Below, piece after piece: positions 25,753 through 39,659 of a stretch of 64,000 nt of DNA. The notes beneath the pieces are model-generated. The model searched no databases, was not told the origin of the DNA, and worked only from the letters and a program-made list of their open reading frames with translations. This stretch comes from Sphagnum compactum. Taxonomy: Eukaryota. The position numbers and the translations under genes are program-made. The DNA lies in the NCBI GenBank assembly GCA_965153455.1, contig OZ234493.1, forward strand, positions 868,001-932,000, in the 5' to 3' direction. Within the stretch, counting starts at the first letter, position 1, and each line of letters opens with the position of its first letter.

Positions 25753-28700
25753 GAAGGAGAAACACCTTTTCACCTCTTCTATTTTCCCCCCAACAAACTT
25801 TACATAAACCTTCAATTTTTTCTTTTCACCTCACGGTTTTACTTTACCATGGTTCCAAGCCGTTACTCACGCCTTCCTTTCCTTTTCTTCGATCTATAAA
25901 TTACGCCTATGCACCTCAATGTAACAAGTCCTTCGCACCTTCATTGTTGATTTGATTTGGTTGAAGATCTGACCTTTTTCCTCTCCTTGAAATTATGGCG
26001 TCGCGCACGGTCACATCTTACGGGCCGCAAGCCGCACAAGCGAATGAAGAACCGCCTCTGGATTCATCTCTAGATCTTACCCTAACACAACATCCTCGTA
26101 ATGAAGAACCCGAACCTCAAGAGGTGTGTGCTCGTCTTGAAGTTGAACCCCCTCGAGCCTGGTATCATCGTATTTTTCCGAACTCTCGCACCTTGATGAT
26201 CTTGCTGCAAGTCGACCCCGCTTCTGGTGACGAACCCGAGACCGTTTATGAAGGTCTTCAGTTCCCGGAGTTGGACACTATCGTTGGTTGCGCGGTCCGA
26301 TTCGTCGACTGTCTCCTAATAGCAAGGCAGATTACATAGTTCGCGCTATCCGACGCATCCTAGATTTCCTGTAGTTGTGAACTATCACTATGGCATAGCC
26401 CAGAATTTTAAATGTACTTGCAGCTCCTTGTTGAGCTTAACCTTATCCTAAATAAATGTTTCAGTTATCATTAGATTCCTGTTGCCATTGGCACACTATC
26501 ATACTATCTATTTAATCGTTGGATTGCCTCGAATTAACCTTATGTTCAACGGCTTGAAGATTGTTCTATCTCTATTAGACCTTTCATTCACACCCCTTCA
26601 ATTGCTTCGAGAATTTCTAACATGCTTGCTACTCCCTAAATACCATAATAAGACTAATGTTGTGTTGAACACCACTAATTTTGGTGTCTACTTCTACCCC
26701 CAACCCTCTAGAGATTTCTCACCCCTAATTACGCAACAAAGTTTCTAAAACTATGGTTATAAGCCTTCGTTGAAGAAAAGAACTAATCCAACTCCTTATT
26801 CACCAATAACGCATTTCAGAAAAGAAAACAAACCCCCTATGCACCAAGCGCATTCATCATTCCCTATGAAGTTGCTAAAAACCCTTAATAACCTTACCCC
26901 ATTCAAATAACCCTGATGTAATTCTTAAAAATTGAGATTACCGCACATGGTTGCGTCGGTATGGCTCACAAGGACTACTGCATAAATAGGGAACTCTAAT
27001 AAAATTATTGGTCCATTAGTCCAGTACCAACCCAAATGCCACAAAGCATGCACCCAACTCCAGCAAGAAAATGCCTTTGCATGTTCCAAATACATGATGG
27101 AACATTAGGGGTTAGGGAAGGCAAAAATAGTACCTACCAAGCTACTTGTGCTCCCAGACACCCATTGTATGGTGGCCCCTTGGATACCTGGCACAACTAG
27201 GAAATAATTCAACTCCAAATCCATCCAATTTAGATGGTAAGGAAAGAAACACTCAACAAAACACATTGTGGTAGTCATGAACTTGTAATTCATGCTTATA
27301 TTTTACAAATGGTATGATTTGAAAAATAGCTAAATCTATGAAATTGCACATATAACATGATAATTAGTGCAGTCATAGCCTTACCAGAGCCAACCAGAAA
27401 GTGTCAAACCATCATCTCTTTCATCATCAATAACAATAAGAAATTGCAATGGCTAATTAGTATTGACTTCATTAGTTCCTGAAAGTAGGTGTAGATAAGT
27501 ATATACAATAATGCACCAAAAACTTCATGCAAGCTATTATGTAAAATATGAGTCCAAAGTTTTTATAACTCTGGTTGCAACAATAAGACTCAATCATTAT
27601 AGTAGGTTTACACCCAAGAAGCAATGATGAATCCCAAACTTGCTGTAAAAAATCAAAATACATAAAAGAATCTAGATTGCCATTGTATTCAGGTAATTGA
27701 AAAAAAAATCCCATAAGATCATGATCAGATCATCTCCTTTGTGTTTGTCCATTATCCGATTTCTATTGAAAGGTCCCCTCACTTTATCCACCTGCAACCT
27801 TGGCAACTTTGACAAAGGTGAAATCCTTTGTGTGTCATATGGATGGCAAGATCCTCAAAACATGAAAGTGAAAATGCTACCACTAATAAAAAGTTTACCT
27901 TGTTCATTAATCACAGGGTAATTAGTCTGCAACATATTGGTGATATCCACAATCACAATACAATCCATGTCAAACTATGTAATAATGCAAACATAATAAT
28001 GAGGTCACTTGAGGATGTCAAGTAGATCTACCATGGTCTAGAAAGTTTCAATTATAACATACCAACATAGTGACAACATCACCAGTTGAACCCAGCACTT
28101 TTACAATTGGTTAGTAAACTGCAAGTATTGATTACAAAAATCACCCAAAATAGTTCATAATCACCAAGTAAAAGACATGTGGCAATCTCAAAATCTACCA
28201 TTGTTCTTTCAGGGGGTAAGATCTTACACATAACCAATGTACCTGAAGTTGTTCATACATAACCGCCAGGAATGAGAACTACAATCGACACTCAAGAAAA
28301 CAAAGCATTTCTAGCCCAAACCAACAATCTAGATAGGAAAAACCCTTGGAATTACTTGTTTCTTGCATGTGCCAACAAACTACTAACTAGATGACCCACC
28401 TCATAGCATTTGGGTGTCATCCTCAGGCAACCTTTGAGTGTCATTTTCTGGACCCGCTTGGGTCCGGTTGTCCCACTGTGGAGATCCAATCTCCACTGCA
28501 AGTTGTTGTCCGTCAACCATAGCCACCACCAACTTTCGTCTTGCTTTCTTCAAAAACCCTTGTTTTACTAAAGTATTTGTAGGAATTTCCTGCAAGGGTG
28601 GACGCTTCAGAGGTCTTACCAAGACAAGCTCCGGAGAGGTAACCGCTGACTCTAAAGGAGGCTCAAGCTCTTGAATCATATTGTACTCAACCGGTCTTGG

Positions 28701-31700
28701 GGAAAAGTTAGCCCCCAACTGAATCTTTAGTATACTTGCACATGGGTCAATTTCTTTGATGGGGCCCGTTGAGCCATTAGAAGCTCATGCACTTCCTTTA
28801 GCTCCAAACAAAGGGCACTCACTTTGCCCTCGAGTCTAGACACCTGTGCCTCTAACCGACAGCGCCATTCACTCTGTTCCAAGCCCAACTAGTTAAAATA
28901 CAATCACGTCTGTTGCAAACCCTACTATTACAAAATCAGAAACCAGTTTTTTTGGAAAAATTGCTCCAAAGTGAGCGAGACCAAAGCACGCAAATAAGAA
29001 ACTAGTTCACGTTTGTTTATGTGGGAAAAGAAAAATAAGGAAAAGGAGAATAATCTTGCGTTTGTTGGTTCCATTGTTGCCTCTTCCTTGACCTTGCTGG
29101 TTCTGCCCGGACGTTTTGAACACATTGGAAACTCTCGCAGTATTTGTCACCACTCAACATTGAGCCATAATCTGGGCGCTGATGTCAGAAAAGAATCTCC
29201 AAAAAAAATCTTCGGTCGACTGCCTAGAAATTGAAAAACCCTCTCAGTGTTTGTAGGCGTTCAGTCTCGAATCCACTAATCGATTTTGGGCTCAAAGGGC
29301 CTGCCTTTTGAAAGTTACAGTATTTGAAAAATCAGAATCGCCATTCTATCAATAAGCTCCTTAAATGTCACTTAATGACAAAAGCAAATCAAGAAATTTA
29401 CAAAGGATGTTTTTGCGTGAATAGATTTGGAAATTTATTGGCTTAAAAGTCCTGTTCCTATAATCTCCATAATGCATGATTTTTGTTGCTACTATGCCTA
29501 GCATTATCCTAAAAGGGGTTGAAAATTAGTGCCTTGAGGCTTGTTCAAAAAAATTTGTGGCTTGAAAAATTCCATGTAAAGTTGTCAACTCACAAGAACC
29601 ACAAGAAACACCCTCCCTCTACTAATTCTAGTCATGAATTTTCTTAAATGGGTGATTTTAAAAACTTTATGGTATGTTCATCCCTAGATAGTTCTAGAGA
29701 CAATTCATACCTTATTCATTTTCAAGCCTCACTACCTCACTCCTTTCCTAATGACTACCATTAACTATTTCATTTCTTTTGCCTACCCACCAAGTTACCA
29801 ACACAGATGTGAAAATATGAACTAACATGTGCCTTTTCATTGTGCATGATATTTATATTAATTCAAAATTTTTTTTAGTCCAATTTATATAATATGAAAG
29901 ATTTTGCAAAATCTTTCATATGGTTTTTCTTGGACAATTCCAAAAACAATTACCTTTCTCATTTTTCCTCCCCCATCACGATGGATATGAAAAAGCAAAT
30001 TACCATGTGCCTTTTCATGTCCATGATATTTATATTAATTCAAATTAAATTTGACATTGGCATAAACAATGATGAACTATTGGAAACCATACATGGGAAC
30101 ACATGAAGAGAAAGGAATTAATAGTTGATTGTCACAGGTAGTGTGAAGCCCAAGTTTTAATATTATCATTCCAAAAGTGTACATAAATTGGCTGCTCATA
30201 TTAACCCAAGTGGAAACCTTTTGCATCCATATCAAAAATTTCAGCCATGTGTTCGACGGATGAGAGGAAAATTAGGAGAACATTTTTGTGATCATGGATT
30301 TTTTTTTCAAATTATTAAAATTGTTGGATAATTTTTTTCTACCCAAGGCTTAATGTTTAGAAAGTCAATTGGATTGCAGTAATTTAAATAAATATAAAGG
30401 TTATTTACACAAAGTAGGGAATGCCTTTAGAACAGTTTATCCATCAATTTGCTATGTCTCCTAGATGAGTTGGAGCTATATGAATATGGAGAAAGAAAAA
30501 TAAAATTTGCAACTCACATAGAAAGCCACTTTCTGGACTTAAAAAGCAATCTTTTTCTAAGATTCAAGGTGTATTAGCTGTGAATCGAATGGACCCCAAG
30601 CTCATTGGCAGGCACTATTGAGAATGAAATTAATCTTGATGTCAAATTGGAGGACATTGGTAAGTGGCTGGCCTTCTACTTGTCAAATTTGGTCAATGAT
30701 CCACTAGAAAAGCTTAGAAAATATGGAAATTATTAACGAGCCTTCAACCTCTAAAAGCCCAAGCACTTTTCAAAATCATTTTATTTTTATTTGAAACCTT
30801 TGATAGAAATTTGGACCAATCTACTCATTCACAAATGTGATTACAATTGGTAACAAATTCAGCCAAAATCAATCAAAGGATGATGATATAACAAATTTCA
30901 ATTGAACTCGAAGCAAATGTTATTTAAGGATGGATCTACAGATTCATTGACCAAATAAACATTTTAAACATGACATGCATCTCAATACAATATTTGCAAT
31001 GATCAAGTAAAGTATTATAAAACAAATTTCAAGCCTAAATTTGGTTTTTCAAGTAAAGAATGAACCGTTCCAAGTTTTGGAATGATAATGTGAGGATCCC
31101 TGGAAACACACAACAACTTTAAAAGGATGGCTTATGATTCCCACCGCCCTCATTGGTGCAAGTTAGCTAGGTACATTGGCTAACCAGCTAGAGGTGTGAT
31201 GCATGCACTTATTGGTTCGTATATTTTTAGAACAATCTTGTGCATTTTTGTTTTGTATTTGTGATGGAAAAACTTTAGGAGAGTCTTCAAATTGTGAAGG
31301 GCATATGAATACTAGAATATGAAGGTCAATTTAATGCCTGGTTTCCTGTAGTCCCACTCATGCTTAAAGGGAAATTGGGGTGCATTCTTGCTACCATTGT
31401 AAAGCCTGATGAGGGGGATATTTTGGAGGTGATTTCATAAATTTTAAACCTATCCCGCAATATGTATTGAAGTTTAAGAAGCATTTCGAATGAGAAATTA
31501 GTTGAGTAATGAGTTCACACTTAAGCAAAGGGCACATGTCACAATGGTTATAACCAAAAACACATTCTTCCAAAATAAGACAAGACATTACAATTGACCC
31601 TCATATCCTCGTATACCCTCACGCACAATTAGGAAGATCCTTGTATGTGACCAGTTCACTTTTCAAGCACTTTTATAGGCATTTTCCCAGGTGAGAGAGA

Positions 31701-32136
31701 CATGCATGTGATTAGTTCCACTTGGTCAGTTTCACTTACAATGTGACTACCTTTGAAGAATATGAATTAAGCTTTGGAAGAACCTGTCATCACCTAATGG
31801 AACAGTTGCTCGCCCTACAGGGTGCACCAAGTTCCTACATGGAACGGCCCCAACATAAGACTTTGAAGTGTTATAAAGTTCCCAATCAGAGACCCAAACC
31901 CTTAAAATGCTTGCATGAGGAGCAATGAATATGTGATCTTGATGATTTGCTTTTCAAATGTGCGGCTTCAGAGCTTGGTGTGAATGCTTGTTTCTCTTTG
32001 AGTTAGGATGTCTGCATTTCCCATTAGGATGTCTGCATTTCCCAACGATATTCCAAATTTGCTCTAGAAATGATGAATGTGGACTCAATGTCGAGAGCTT
32101 TGTCGGATTCTATATCTTGTGACCAAAGCCATCACT

Positions 32137-32591
32137 AGGCCTGTATAATTAGTGGGTAGTTCATTAGCATAGGCCTATCTATGCCGGTGTTTCTAGTAAA
32201 GAACAATCTAGAGGTTCACCTTTGGGTGGGCCAAAATGAACCAGCGCCCACCAGCACGCCATGCAGGATGAATGGTGCATGGACAGGAAACAATTTTTCG
32301 TTGTATTCATGTCCCTGTGGGTAGTTATGTATGACCTATCCACATGCAGCTACTTACCTCATAACCATAAGTGCCTTCGTACTTACCTTGGACAAACTAA
32401 CCTCTTGCCTTCTGTGAATAGCTACCCACCTACATAGGTAACCTGGGTAGTGTGGGCGGAAGTTGGAGAATTTCCAGGATAGGTTACCCAGGTGGAACGT
32501 TGGTAACTCACTTGTGGTTCATCCATTACTGAGTCAAAACAAGTTTCCAATAGACGATGCACTAGTGGGTGTTGGATCACATAATGGGTCT
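32137..32591. mobile_element. Possible PIF/Harbinger-type MITE
   Basis: A GC-richer ~455-bp block with imperfect inverted ends (aggcctgtataat ... ataatgggtct) followed by TAA. The TIRs are degenerate. Confidence 0.35.
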
Positions 32592-34628
32592 TAAGACATG
32601 ATTTAGAAAGTGAATTTTGGGTTTAGGGTTGTACCAGCAAATAGATAATCTGAAATAGTCTTAGGTAGAGTTAAAGCTCTTGCTCCTCAAGCTGTGTTAG
32701 AACAAATGTAATGACCAACGCGTTAAGCTTGGAGATAGTAAGGCATTGAGAATCCCTAGAAGGAATGTGGCAGATTTTGTGCAGTTGAAGTAAGCACTAG
32801 GAGAGCTTGGTTAAAGATTTATTGCCTATTTGGCCATCGTATGTTTGGTTGAGTTTGGAGTACATCAATATTGCTTTTCTTTTGTTTGTCACTAGGGGAA
32901 TAAGCACCATCACACTGTGGACAATTGATATGAATCAACACATGTAATACACATTGCAACACTTTCAAAGTCACTAACTAGAGTTTTTAGTCTTGGGGTT
33001 AATTAAATTTCAAGATTTGGATCTATGAAGGATTGTGCTTAGATCTTTTGACATTGACAAAGGTCGTGTTTGAAGCTCTTTGCACTCCTTGTAGACACAA
33101 ATTATTTTGAATCAATCTGAAGTAGCAAATGCATTCATAAGAGCATCATAGTAACAAATTCTCATCTGTAAAAAACAAGGGAGTTTTCAGCAAATTGTCC
33201 ACAGTCTTCTCATGAATTTGACCAATTAGTAACTCTCGTCAAGAATGTAATAACAATTCTCACATCTTGAGGCCTACACATATGCACTTATTTTAGTACA
33301 TGCTCCTTTTTCTGCAATCCTTGTCAGTGCAAGTAAACATAACGATTTTCTCTATGGCTTCTGGACATGTTTAAAAAATCTGGGATTGGAACTGAGGTTG
33401 GAATATGGTTCAACCATACCAACTTCTTGATATACTGCAGGTAGCTCACTCCCTGAACAACCACCTGTTAGCAAATAAGACCTAATTCTGTCATACTAGC
33501 AGCAAAAATGGGACCTGCTTCTCAACTTTGGAATCCAATGCATAGTGAAAAAGCAGGATTCCAACTGTTTCTCATAGGAACCAACATTCATAGTCAGTCT
33601 CCAATTGATACATTTGGTTGGACACCACAAAATCTTGAACAAGCTGCTCCAAATCTGCTGAAAAAACAAACAATATGCCAATGGTCAGCCCATACTCCCC
33701 AATAGTCAGATCTCGGAAAAAACTAGACTGGGGAGATTCTGAAAATCGCTCAGAATGTGTCCAGGTAGTCTGACATCCCCCTAAACCCTAAACCCAAAAA
33801 CATACATAAATAACTAGAATGCAAGATGACAATTGATCATACACACTTTGCTGCAAAGACCATTGAATACCTTGCAAGGAATAGTCTTCTCGTTTGGTCC
33901 GATTTCTCAGAAGGCCCCCTTGAGCTTCTGCATGAGCTACTGGGACATGAATCCTTTTCACCTACAGCAAGCTTCAACAAAATAAAGGACCCATCATGTC
34001 AGGACCATGCAGCACAATGCAGACAAGAAATTTTTTCATCACAACTCATTACTTCTGGTAGTCTAACAAACATCTCCATTCTTTTGGAGTAGATCTGGCA
34101 AACATATTACGACAAGGAAACCATTTTCTCATCCTGCTGGAGTTAATTTACTTCAAGTTGAGAAAATTAACTCACTGCAGCAATTTCTCCAATGTTCTTG
34201 ATGAAAGAAAGGTAGAACTTGCTCACAAAATCTCTATTCCAGAATTCCAGAGATTTTCAAATTCCAAAAGTTTGAATCTGGACTTAAAAGGATCTAAAGA
34301 GTGGATCTGTGGAGGATGGTAGAAGAGGGAGCTGAAAGTGAAGGTAACCAGTAAGAAATTTCAGTCTAGGCAGTCCATTTGTTTTTGGGGAAGGAGGTTC
34401 TTGAGGGGCAGATATGAGAAGACAAGGAGAGGATGTAACTTTTAACACTAGTAAGAGTGTGTACTCTCTGGTGTTGAGCAATTTTGAATTTAGAAAAAAT
34501 ATGTCACTATTTCACATGCTTATAAAATGTATAAAGACTAACTTCCCCCAGCATAATAAGGCCACAGTGAGGGGTTTGAACTCAAGGTATAGTTGGTCTC
34601 TATGTGCATCGAATGTTGTTGGACATAG

Positions 34629-34796
34629 GTGCTGATCAACATCTTCAGAGTCAATAATGACCCAAATGTATGGCCCAATCCTGAGAAGTGGGATCTTGAA
34701 CAAGTGTTGAACAATGAGAGCTTGGACATGGGCATCAAGAATTTGAGCATCATGCCTTCAAGTGCAGGCAAGAGAATGTGTGCCGGTATTACACAT
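34629..34796 (+). pseudogene. Orphan heme-binding exon of a CYP701 (ent-kaurene oxidase-like) P450
   Basis: ag|VLINIFRVNNDPNVWPNPEKWDLEQVLNNESLDMGIKNLSIMPSSAGKRMCAGITH|gt. The PERF region and FxxGxRxCxG motif are degenerate (FG replaced by SS). Confidence 0.8.
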
Positions 34797-36183
34797 GTAC
34801 TAAACTTGATGCTTCGATACTTATTACACCTAAGTCTAAAATGCAAAGACTTGCCATATAAGAGAGGATGTCTTGCATTGCAAGGGTCCAAAAACTTGAT
34901 GCCTCCCTGCACCAAAGGACAAAATCAAAGACATGCCATAGTAGAATACGAGCATTGCAAAGAGTTCAAACTTCAGACCATTTGGTCTCTGGTTAATGCT
35001 GCTGCGGAGGTGGAGTTCTACAAGAAGTCGAGAGACCAAAATTTTGTGATGTGTTTGGTTTCAAGGGCTGTTTAACTTATTTTGTACAACCTGCACCCGT
35101 GAAGCCATGTCCATTATCCATCTATCTGACCAGAAACAGACTAGGATTGTCATGCACCTCTATTGCAAATACCTCAATTTAGGGATTCCAACTCTATAAA
35201 GTGGCTACTTGGACCTCTTATACTATTCACAAGTGATCTTAAACTAGATCTACCATCAGAACATGCAACAAAAGGCGCTCCTTGGGATTGGGGTGGTTGT
35301 TAATTGACCTGCAATGGGCACTCTGCAGTGCTCTTCCCTTGAAACCAACATCCACACCCATCCTCTTACATGTTTAGAAGTTATTGTAGCTATCACGTGA
35401 CCCAGAGTAATCACAAGTGATAGTTTGTTTGACGACTTTTCCAAAATGTGCTTTCAAATCCTTTCAATAGTTTCTTCAGTCCAAGGAACTTATACCCTTT
35501 CTCACATCCTTAAAACCCATAATCCACACTGTAACTTGCAAATGTGAAGAAACTTTAAAATTGTCTCGTCTTAATGCCACCATATTCAAAGTATTTTGAG
35601 ACCATAGTCACCAACATAGCTTTCAAATCCATAATGGGATAAAGTCCTCAACCTTATGCAAGTTTGTGCAATCCCACTCTTGCACATGGATGTTGGGGAA
35701 ACAATATTGCCAAGCAGCCATGACAAACGACAATTCTTTTTGCACCATAAACGTGCCACATAGTTTAAATCATCATTCAAAGAGCTCCAACCCATATGAA
35801 TTTCAATTCAATTCTGCTTTAGGATTGTGCAAGTTCATTCATGATTTCTTGATCCTAGGTCATGAAACATTATGAGGATTGAGTTTACAACTTCAAAATG
35901 GAAATGACTACTTTAAAAATTCATTCACCATCCATGCTTGGTACATACATAGTACTTGATATTACATGCAACACAATGATGATGGAGGTTGCACCTACAT
36001 ATTTGTTTATGGAGCTTATATCTCCTTGAAGCCCTTTAAAGACCCTTGGGGCTTAAAGATTATGGCTAGAATGAAAGGTTTGTCATTGATCCATGTTGAA
36101 AATAAGTCAACAAAGGAAGAACTACAATTCCCATACGTCACATGCAAAGAATGTTAGCCAACCGAATTCCACAGCACTTGAAT

Positions 36184-39100
36184 TCACACAAGATATGAGG
36201 ACATGGGATGTGAGTTGACATGCCCTCTGCATTCTTGGTAGTTAAATCGCATTTCATAACATTTGTCACAAAGATCAAAACCTCCACAGATAGAGCAACT
36301 CCATCGTCGAATTAAGATCTCCTCATAACAATAGTCACAATAATAACTTAAGGATGATGCTATGACACTTGGTACCTAGTGTCCCATTTTTCAACCCCAC
36401 AAAACCCACCAATGTCAAGTCAAGGTATCTCATTTAGCCTTAGTAATTTTTTTATAAATTAATTAAGCATGGTACTCCCAAATGTAGGATGTTAAGATCC
36501 CATTTCGGTAGGCACTTTGGCCTAGATGAAATATCCAAATGGAGGTATTGGTCTTTAAACTTCCAACAAGTTTTATCAAATGTTAATAAAAATATTTATT
36601 GGGTACTATTGATAATGAAAATCATCACCAATTAGTGGATTGAAGCAAAATGTGGTTTAGTTCAGAATAGATTTAACATTTTGCATGGTTTTTCCAAACT
36701 TCAAATTGAACTAGAGATGAAGTTTGTTTAGGCATCCAATTAATATTCATGAGAAGTCATTAGAAGGTAGAGATCTGAATTTTTTTTTAAATAGGGTATA
36801 CGTACCACATGAAGATGATCATTATAGTTAGGGTTATTTTCTAAATTGAGTTTCAAAAACTCTTCTTGTAAGTTTTTTGACTTGTTTTTATCCAACACAT
36901 TGGAGTTGACAACAATAGTTTGATGACCATCTTTTCCATGCACCATTATGGTTGCCCCCTTTTCAATCACAATGCTTGCCCATCATGCATCACCAAATCG
37001 TGCATACACATGAATTTCATCCCCAAATTGCAATGATTCCACAAATTGATGATGTTTTCGCAAGGTGCAAAGATAAATTTGGTCTATGGGGTCATTGTGC
37101 CTTAAAACAAACAAGGGACACATATAGACCTTCTCTCCATCCCTCCAAATTTGAGCCTCCATGTGACAAAATATTTTTGCATATGAACCCCAAGATGAAA
37201 GGTGAGGAGATCGTTGCTCCAACTCATGGGCACAAAAGCAAAAGACAATTGTGGCACAATCTTCTTCACTTAAAACCATTACACTTAAACACAACTTGTT
37301 TTGCAATTGTTGTTTAAAGACATTTTGTTTTATACAATTTGGAAAAGGGTGTGGAAGCACATTGTCGTAATAGCTAACCACTTGTAACGTCGGTTCTTTC
37401 TATCACAACAAAACAAACATTTAGAGGTTTTACTTGAGTTTTAGTGTATAATATCTATTTTGATTTAAATATCTTTACATACATAGAGCTAAATATAAAT
37501 GGAAAAACATTGAACTAGTGGCAACATACATTTACATGCCAATTTCACATATGATCCTAACACATCATGAATATTTATGACGTTTAATGATAATGGAACA
37601 TATGTGATGACACTACCTTCCACCAATTGTTATCATAGGTCATGGAGATTTGACTTCCACTCAAACCGCACATTTGTAATGCCTTATCATGATTCAAGCC
37701 AAAGGCATTAGATAACATCTTGCAACCTGAAACGTTTATTTCCACCAATGTTTTCACAAAATCCAAGCCTTGCAAATGTGTCAATTTTTCGCAATTGTTT
37801 AGCATCAAGTACTTCAATGTTGTTAAAGTATCCAAAGATGGAATATTGGTGAGTTTTTGACAATTCCCCATGTTAAGGGTTTCCAAATTTGATGGCAATG
37901 CCTCAACAACCACCAAGTTTGGACATGTTCTCATGTCCAATTCAACCAAGGCACTTAAATCTTTGAAACTTTTAGGAATGGTGCTCATGAAGTTCTTTAT
38001 CAAAAACAATGATTTTAACTTTGTAAGATCTCCAAAATTTGAAGGCAACCCGATTTTTTTTCCAATTGAACATCCAAAAAAAGATAGATAATGAAGGGCC
38101 TTAAGTTGTCCAAAGCTTTCAGGGAGCATTTCAAGGTTATAATTGTTAGATAGTTGAAGGTCCTCAAGTTGTTCAAGGCATCCAAAGCTTTTAGGTAATT
38201 CTTTCAAATGTTTACAATCAAACAAGGATAATGTTTTTAGGCTCTGGAGTTGACCAAAATCCTTCGGAAGTTTTTTGACTTTAGTCCTTATCATATATAA
38301 TGTCCTCAACTTCACAAGTCCAGAAATAGATGGTGGCAAGTCGTGCAAGTCCATACAATCATACAAATATAACTCCTCCAAATTGAACAATTTTGAAAAA
38401 GAATCTGGCAAGTGAGAGAAAAGTGTTCCTCTGACCAACAAATATACCAAACTTTGAAGGTTCCCAAATGTCATTGGTAGTCCTTTTAAATTCTTGCAAT
38501 AGTATAGCCAAACTTTTTTGAGCTTAGATAGGTTGCCAATGCTATCTGGTAATGTTTCCAAGCTAACACAAAAGCTCAAATCCAACTCTTGGAGTGCTTG
38601 GAGTTGGCCAATAGAATAAGGGAATTTCTTTAATGTTGAACACCCATATAAATCCAAACATTTGAGTTTGGACAATTCCCCAATGTTCTGAGGTAGCCTT
38701 TCAAATGCAATGGAATCTCTCAATAACAATTGTTCCAATAGTTTGCAAGGGGGGTGCATTTTAAACCAAAAACACATTAGTGAAATCACAATGATTTTAA
38801 AATTATTAGACCTACCTAAGTAGTAAGGCCTATATGCACATTTCATGACCATTAATTGCATAGACTTTAAAATAAACCAAAGTTAATCAAATAGTTCAAA
38901 TTAATGAAACTTATTAATTTTTTGCCTTCATGAATGTAGGCCATGAATTCATTAAATTAACTAACATGTGATCACATCAAAATTTCCAATTTTACATCTT
39001 GCCTATAATTTGCACATATGTATATATTGTTTTAAGAAACTTGAAAAAGTCTACAAATATTTCAAAAGATGTATCTTTTGATGGTTTCGTACTTGGATGC

Positions 39101-39377
39101 CAATGTCTTGTGCCCAAAGGTAAGTCAAGTTCTTGCTTTGACGAAGATTCAACACCACTAAGTTGGGAAGATTTAAGGTTGTAGGTAGCTCCAAGATTGG
39201 TGAGCATGGCCAACTCAACATCCTCAATTTCTTTGGCCATGTTGAAAAATCACCCTCTACATTGCAATCATCCAAAAGTAACGAGTGCAATCCAATCATC
39301 CTTGCATATGTTTTTGCCACTATTGGGGTGCCAAGGTTTGATAATGACAATGAAAAACCTCGAATTTTACCACTCCC
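36184..39377 (-). pseudogene. 3' half of a TNL-type NLR: LRR exons, C-JID-like exon and a terminal ZZ zinc-finger exon
   Basis: Phase-0 exons: 39377-39093 (GSGKIRGFSL..KKLRMLSW..LPNLVVLNL); ~38759-37617 (many LxxLxLxxCxxLxxLP repeats; acceptor looks mutated); 37399-36806 (TGA at 36983-36985); 36375-36184 (CDYC..RRWSCSICGGFDLCDKCYE..H..HPM*). No NB-ARC or TIR exon is seen. Confidence 0.85.
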
Positions 39378-39659
39378 CTACAATAACCAATATGGATCAA
39401 AATAATATATTAAAAAATGAAGCATGATGATTCTAGGATTGTTGAATTTATTTTAATATGATCCATCCATTTAGATAGTTTTTACCCTCCCATGGTGGCA
39501 ATTCAAACAAAGTGAAAACAATCCATGCCTGTGTCTTACAAAAATGTCAATTATTTACAAAATAACTGAATCACGTGAACAATGAAATAAAGTCCTTCAA
39601 TTTTTCTTTTGTCTCACATGATTCTAAAAATTGATAGTTAGAACCAATGGCATAAGAAA

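Noticed and set aside
25373-25899. Overlapping ORFs with periodic W/H motifs
   Set aside because: They are artefacts of the 26-bp minisatellite.
37584-38861. 425-aa ORF as a standalone intact LRR gene
   Set aside because: Both ends run into intron sequence; it is one exon of a truncated NLR.
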